Source: Acholeplasmataceae bacterium
Lineage (GTDB): Bacteria; Bacillota_I; Bacilli_A; Acholeplasmatales; Acholeplasmataceae
Reading direction: 5' to 3'
NCBI GenBank assembly: GCA_963675245.1
Contig: OY775910.1
Location: 64,001 to 128,000, forward strand
Length of the DNA stretch: 64,000 bases
In this document: positions 59,180 to 64,000 of the stretch, piece after piece
Layout: the number at the start of each line of letters is the position of its first letter
Numbering within the stretch: the stretch's first letter is position 1
Notes under the pieces: model-generated
Databases searched by the model: none
Told to the model about the DNA's origin: nothing
The model's input: the letters and a program-made list of their open reading frames with translations, nothing else
Position numbers and translations under genes: made by a program

Positions 59180-59569
59180 TCAAATAAGTGAATAATTGTT
59201 AATATCAAATAAAAGAGCATTTTCATCTGTTATGTATTCACCTTCAACTTTAATGCCTTTATCACTAAATATATCAACATCAACAATAGAAGAAATTGTT
59301 TTAACTAAGTCTTTATAGTTCCATCTAACAGTAAACACATCTTTATTGCTTGTTTTGTCTGAAACAAATTTCTGTGCATTTTGATTATTTTCATCACATG
59401 TTTTAATAGCAAATTGTTTAGTATCATAATTGATGAAAATTTCAACAAAGCTAGGTGATTTTAATTTATGAATTGCTGCTTTGTTAAATGCGACACCATT
59501 CTTAGTTATTGACATCGTAGGAACACCAATAATTAAACTGTATCTATCAAAATTATCAAACAGTGACAT
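59180..59569 (-). CDS. Conserved-looking hypothetical protein of mobile-element type
   Basis: P..SITKNG.AFNKAAI..L..P.FV...IN...KQFAI..C; own promoter TTGACA-17-TGgTATGAT (59618-59590) and GGAG RBS. Confidence 0.75.
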   Translation of the reverse strand: MSLFDNFDRYSLIIGVPTMSITKNGVAFNKAAIHKLKSPSFVEIFINYDTKQFAIKTCDENNQNAQKFVSDKTSNKDVFTVRWNYKDLVKTISSIVDVDIFSDKGIKVEGEYITDENALLFDINNYSLI

Positions 59570-59719
59570 TGTATCATCTCCCTACTAACATCATACCAGA
59601 TTTCGTTATTTTTGTCAACCGTTTGTATTCAATCATTTGTATCGTTATCGTTTTATACTTATTCTATTTATTATACTTTAGTTTTTTTCCGTTGTTCCTT
59701 TTACGTGTGAATAACATAT

Positions 59720-59758
59720 AAAGATAAGACGGACTGTATTATTGCCCGTCTTATCTTT
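59720..59758. terminator. 13-bp perfect stem-loop downstream of the defence operon
   Basis: AAAGATAAGACGG-N13-CCGTCTTATCTTT. Confidence 0.65.
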
Positions 59759-59933
59759 GGAAGGTGAATATTTGATTTATTTTTAGTGTTTCTATCTTGA
59801 ACAACTTATAGAACATAGATATAATCATGCTTAATTCTACTCTTACTAGATTCAGTTATTGGTTTTACTACCATAAAGTGGATATCTTATTTAAGATACT
59901 CTTACTCATTGTTTCTACTAAACTATACTAGAT

Positions 59934-61673
59934 CTAACCATCAATTTGTTTACCAATAATATTTTTCCAATAATATTCAGCTAGTTTTCTACCTCGTTCA
60001 TCAATTTTTTCTTCAATAAAACCACTTGGATAGTTAACAATTAATTTATTATTATGTTTATATAGAGATAGATTATAATACTCATATTTTTCAATTACAC
60101 CTATTCCACTAGGTATTCTTTCATTTATACTTTTTTCTAACAAAACTAAATTTCCTATAAAAGTAGTTTTTTGATTCTCATCATCTTCATTAATAATATG
60201 TTCTATAGATCCATCTGTGTGATTGTGATCTTTATCCGCATATGAATTTTCCAATTTATTTATGACATATTTTGCAAGAATGTTTGTACTCAATTTATTT
60301 TTAGAATACCTTAACTTTACAAAATTCTCAGAAAATTCTTCAAATGAAGGATAAATTTCGTCAAGTACTTTAGTCAGTTCATCAAGAATAGTTTGGATTT
60401 TAGTTTTTTCGCTAATTTCTCTAATTGTAATTGCATAACTAGAATATATTCCTTCTAGTCTGCTTGGCAAGTTTGAACACAAATTATTATAGACAAAATG
60501 AAAATTCTCGATATAATTTAGTACATGTTTTAATTGTCTATTTGTGATGTTGTATTTATTGTATTGATACATTAGTGCTAAGAGGATAACCCTAGATTGA
60601 ACAATATTCAAATATTCGCTTAAATTCTTGAGGTTTTGTACAAGATATTGTTTTTCCACTCTACTATCATAATCTGTCAAAATCGGTACTAAAATTTGAC
60701 TATACAATCTCGAGTTTTCAACTAATTCATTTAAAAATTCTTTTCTTTTAGAGTTATTTGTAGGTCCTTTTCTAAGAAATGAGTCGTACAATTTACTCTC
60801 GGTAACTTTTTGATATTTAGAGATCCAAAAATGTCTAAAAAATACTGAAAGAGAAATTCTTTTTCCTTTAGAATTTAAATTAGATATAGTTTCTTTCCAT
60901 TTGTTAACTGCAAAATCAGTTGGTTGAACATTATTTAGTTTTTCAAGTATATTATTTTTGATTAAATCAATTGCAGCTAATGCTTTTCCTTTTGCATTCA
61001 ATGTTTCAAAAAGAATATTTGCATATTCTTGTTCGGATGTCCATATTGCAATAATATAACATCTAATTAATTGATCTCTTACACATTTTAACATTGTAAC
61101 ATAATCTATATCAATATCTTTTTTTTGTTTAAAGATTTTTTTTAAATTTCTTTTTTTCAATTGTGAATCAAAATAATTATATGCAGACTTTATTCGATCT
61201 TCTTCTTCTGATTTTGGAGCGGTTTCTTCTCCTTCTCCTTGAATTAAATATTGAAAATACGGATTTGGTGTATCATTTTTCAAAATTGCAAATACATCAT
61301 CATTAATGTCTTTACCCATCACAAATTCCCAAATTTTATTTGCTAAAGCTCGCTCATTATTTTCAATAAATTTTTTCTTAAATATTGAAAGCATAATTGT
61401 AATTGTCGTCAATCGTTGTTGCCCATCAATAATATCAACTATATTTTCACTTCCTTTTAAATCTCCTACAAGTAAAATATTTCCTAAAAAATAATCATTT
61501 GGCACGAATGTGGATGACTGTTCATCATAAGTAATCTGATCTAAGATATCCTTATAAAATGTCTTAAGTTCATATCTTGCCCAAGAGTACTCTCTTTGAA
61601 ACCTTGGAACATTATATACTTTTTTATTTGATAACAGCACATTAATTTGAAATTTATCATATCCGAACTCCAT
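59934..61673 (-). CDS. GmrSD-like DUF262-DUF1524 protein (type IV, modification-dependent nuclease family)
   Basis: VPRFQREYSW, IIDGQQRLTT, FETLNAKGK.L; C-terminal SIEHII..GNLVLL...IN (HNH-like). Confidence 0.88.
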   Translation of the reverse strand: MEFGYDKFQINVLLSNKKVYNVPRFQREYSWARYELKTFYKDILDQITYDEQSSTFVPNDYFLGNILLVGDLKGSENIVDIIDGQQRLTTITIMLSIFKKKFIENNERALANKIWEFVMGKDINDDVFAILKNDTPNPYFQYLIQGEGEETAPKSEEEDRIKSAYNYFDSQLKKRNLKKIFKQKKDIDIDYVTMLKCVRDQLIRCYIIAIWTSEQEYANILFETLNAKGKALAAIDLIKNNILEKLNNVQPTDFAVNKWKETISNLNSKGKRISLSVFFRHFWISKYQKVTESKLYDSFLRKGPTNNSKRKEFLNELVENSRLYSQILVPILTDYDSRVEKQYLVQNLKNLSEYLNIVQSRVILLALMYQYNKYNITNRQLKHVLNYIENFHFVYNNLCSNLPSRLEGIYSSYAITIREISEKTKIQTILDELTKVLDEIYPSFEEFSENFVKLRYSKNKLSTNILAKYVINKLENSYADKDHNHTDGSIEHIINEDDENQKTTFIGNLVLLEKSINERIPSGIGVIEKYEYYNLSLYKHNNKLIVNYPSGFIEEKIDERGRKLAEYYWKNIIGKQIDG

Positions 61674-61685
61674 ATTATTTTACTC

Positions 61686-62981
61686 CTATTCTTCTATAAT
61701 TGAAAGTATCCACAAAATCCAACCACGTATTGAACTTGCTCTTCTATGATATGTTGAAGATACATCAGTTTTCATGCCTACATGATACAAATCATAGGAC
61801 ATCATTTTATCTTCAATTTCATTCGTTGTCATAGAATATCCTGTTTCAAAGTTTTCCTGTAAAACATCATGGAAAATTTTGTGTTCTAATATTCTATTAA
61901 CTAAAAAAAGTTGTCTCTCGATATAAGAACTTTTTAACATGGATTCACCTTCATCAGTTAATCTATAGTAGGTTATTCCATCAGATCTTTCTTTTTTCAT
62001 TAATCCAAGATATCTGCATGCATTTGTGTAATAATCAGATTGCCGAATATTAAATTCATACTCCGATGCAATAAATTCTTTGGTAAGATCTTCATTTTTT
62101 GCTAATTCACAGAGATTGATAACTTTTCTAAAATCATCAGCTTGTGGAAATGGAATTTCAGGTTCTTCAACAATAGTAACTGTATTTATAATATTTTGGA
62201 TTGTTTCAACATTAATCTGAATATCTTCATATGTATATTTTTTTTGTTTAATCAATTTTAAACTGTTGTAGTTGTTAGGATCTTCAAATTTATATTCATA
62301 AAGTGTAAATATCCCGTTTGAATAAACAAAATATACTATTTTAACTTCTTTAGAAACTTTGTCTTTCCATACTCTATAAGGAAAATATATTTGTCTTATT
62401 AGAAAATCATTAGATATGTGTTGTTTTGCTTCAACCAATGTTAAATATTTATCTCCTTCGTAAGCACCATCAATTTCTATTTGAGAATTAGCTACATCAA
62501 CTTTGCTTTCCTTCCCATCTATATCATTTATAATATTAAATGAAAACTTTCCACTACCCATTCTTCCTGAAACAGTGGGGAATATATTTTCATCTTCAAT
62601 AAAATCCTGTAACATTCCACTTATATATGAAGAGTTTAACGCTACAGTTTCACTAGTAATAACATCTTTATCTACGCTCTCTATATATGCTGGAAAATTG
62701 ATTTGTTCTATCTCATTACTTATCTCTTCAAAATCGAAAAACATTCTATGATTAGATAGAATGTATTCTCCCCTAGAAATTGGTAAGATGGAAATTTTGT
62801 GTTTTTTAAATATCTTCGGAAGATTAATGCTGTGATCGAATTTAGTAACTAATCTCGGTTCATAAACTTTTTTTATTTGTGAAGCTTTTATTATGAAATA
62901 TCCATTATTCTTAATTTCATCTAAGATATGATATTCTTCAAATAATTCTTCCCATACTACATCTGCTTTTTTCTTGCTCAT
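61686..62981 (-). CDS. Putative type II restriction endonuclease (PD-(D/E)xK plus C-terminal winged helix)
   Basis: EPRL.TKFD, QIEIDGAYE..LVEAK..FLIRQIYFPY; translationally coupled to the MTase. Confidence 0.7.
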   Translation of the reverse strand: MSKKKADVVWEELFEEYHILDEIKNNGYFIIKASQIKKVYEPRLVTKFDHSINLPKIFKKHKISILPISRGEYILSNHRMFFDFEEISNEIEQINFPAYIESVDKDVITSETVALNSSYISGMLQDFIEDENIFPTVSGRMGSGKFSFNIINDIDGKESKVDVANSQIEIDGAYEGDKYLTLVEAKQHISNDFLIRQIYFPYRVWKDKVSKEVKIVYFVYSNGIFTLYEYKFEDPNNYNSLKLIKQKKYTYEDIQINVETIQNIINTVTIVEEPEIPFPQADDFRKVINLCELAKNEDLTKEFIASEYEFNIRQSDYYTNACRYLGLMKKERSDGITYYRLTDEGESMLKSSYIERQLFLVNRILEHKIFHDVLQENFETGYSMTTNEIEDKMMSYDLYHVGMKTDVSSTYHRRASSIRGWILWILSIIEE

Positions 62982-63814
62982 TAATAATTTCTTACAATTA
63001 CTTCGTTGATTGGTCCTCTCTCATTCCCCTTTGAATTAACATTTCTTCTAGCTGTGACAATATCTATGTTAAACTCACCATATAAATCAACAATAAAATC
63101 TGACGCGGAATTAGATAACATAAATTTAATTCCTTTATTGTCTAATTCAACGCACAATTCATATAATCTTTTTTGTGCGTTTCTGTCAAATCCCATTTCG
63201 TTATATCCTGTAAAATTTGAATTTGAGGATATCGGGTCATAAGGTGGATCAAAATAAACAAAGTCTCCTTTCTTAGCATTTTTTACTGAATTTTCAAAAT
63301 CAGTATTTAACATTTCAATTTGATTTTCGTTAAAATATGTACATACAGCTTTAATTACTGGTTCATTTACAATATTAGGTCTTTTATAACCACCATATGG
63401 TGTATTAAATTCTCCAGAACTATTTACTCGGTAAAGACCGTTGTAGCAAGTTTTATTCAGGTAAATTAGTCGTGATGCCTTTTCAACTTCAGATAATTTA
63501 CTAAATATTATTTTATTTCTATCTTTATCTCGTAATGCATAAAAATAATCTGATTCATTTTTATGTTTTTTTAGTGACTCTAAAAGTTCCGAAACATTTT
63601 CTTTAACTACTTTATAAGTTCCAATTAAATCCTCATTAATATCATTAATAACCGCTTTTTTTGGCTGAAGATAAAATAATACAGCACCTCCACCAAAAAA
63701 TGGTTCATAATATGTGTTGAATTTAGATTTAGGTAATCTCTTTTCTATTTCAGAAATCAATTGCCTTTTTCCCCCAACCCATTTAACGATTGGCATCACT
63801 AATTTGTTTTTCAT
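62981..63814 (-). CDS. dam: Dam/DpnM-type N6-adenine DNA methyltransferase
   Basis: KWVGGK, EPFFGGG, NDIN, YLNKTCYNGLYRVN..G.FNTP.G, FDPPY, MLSNS. Confidence 0.92.
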   Translation of the reverse strand: MKNKLVMPIVKWVGGKRQLISEIEKRLPKSKFNTYYEPFFGGGAVLFYLQPKKAVINDINEDLIGTYKVVKENVSELLESLKKHKNESDYFYALRDKDRNKIIFSKLSEVEKASRLIYLNKTCYNGLYRVNSSGEFNTPYGGYKRPNIVNEPVIKAVCTYFNENQIEMLNTDFENSVKNAKKGDFVYFDPPYDPISSNSNFTGYNEMGFDRNAQKRLYELCVELDNKGIKFMLSNSASDFIVDLYGEFNIDIVTARRNVNSKGNERGPINEVIVRNY

Positions 63815-64000
63815 TTTATCAACCCTCTATTTGTTTAATTATATCATTTTGCGAGCTAATAATGAACCAAAACAATGCACAAAATTTAAATGAAATAATG
63901 TTGTGTTTAGTTCATTATATCATATATTTAATGCTTAAATTTAACACTCATTAATTGTGTTTAGTTTTAAACATAAAATTATAGAAAGTAATTATTGAAT

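Larger units (their letters stand above)
57929..64000. mobile_element. Probable tRNA-integrated genomic/defence island (left part; continues beyond the window)
   Basis: Starts at the tRNA 3' end, visibly more AT-rich, carries XRE, R-M and type IV nuclease genes; no integrase or second att copy within the window. Confidence 0.6.

Overview
Chromosomal window of a low-GC bacterium using genetic code 11 (TGG=Trp, TGA=stop). Its protein style suggests Acholeplasmatales/Izemoplasmatales-like Mycoplasmatota; that taxonomy is an inference. From left to right: (1) hrcA-grpE-dnaK-dnaJ operon with two CIRCE boxes, a membrane-GrpB fusion, an MBL hydrolase, rpmG and ispG. (2) An accessory stretch with a GH3, an IS21 remnant inserted in a DUF2971-like gene, other gene and transposon debris, and an AdhR/NmlR-type MerR regulon with a 19-bp-spacer promoter. 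(3) A ~26 kb carbohydrate locus with four more GH3 genes, an InlB-B-repeat lipoprotein, a GtrA-like protein, GT2, glf, GH43 and a LytTR two-component system. (4) A copper operon, a 1912-aa repeat lipoprotein and housekeeping genes. (5) tRNA-Lys(CTT) followed by an AT-rich defence island (XRE, lipoprotein, candidate sRNA, GmrSD-like nuclease, PD-(D/E)xK nuclease, Dam-type MTase). The most striking signal is a pair of convergent giant surface GH3 genes that share a 612-bp, ~99% identical inverted repeat. It encodes an InlB-B repeat, a coiled coil with an RhxxhE trimer motif, and a 'TGCGS'-TM-basic C-terminal tail. One partner has lost the GH3 catalytic motifs. Together these suggest a hetero-oligomeric enzyme/pseudo-enzyme surface complex with a possible Cys-based C-terminal sorting signal. 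No CRISPR array or rRNA was seen.
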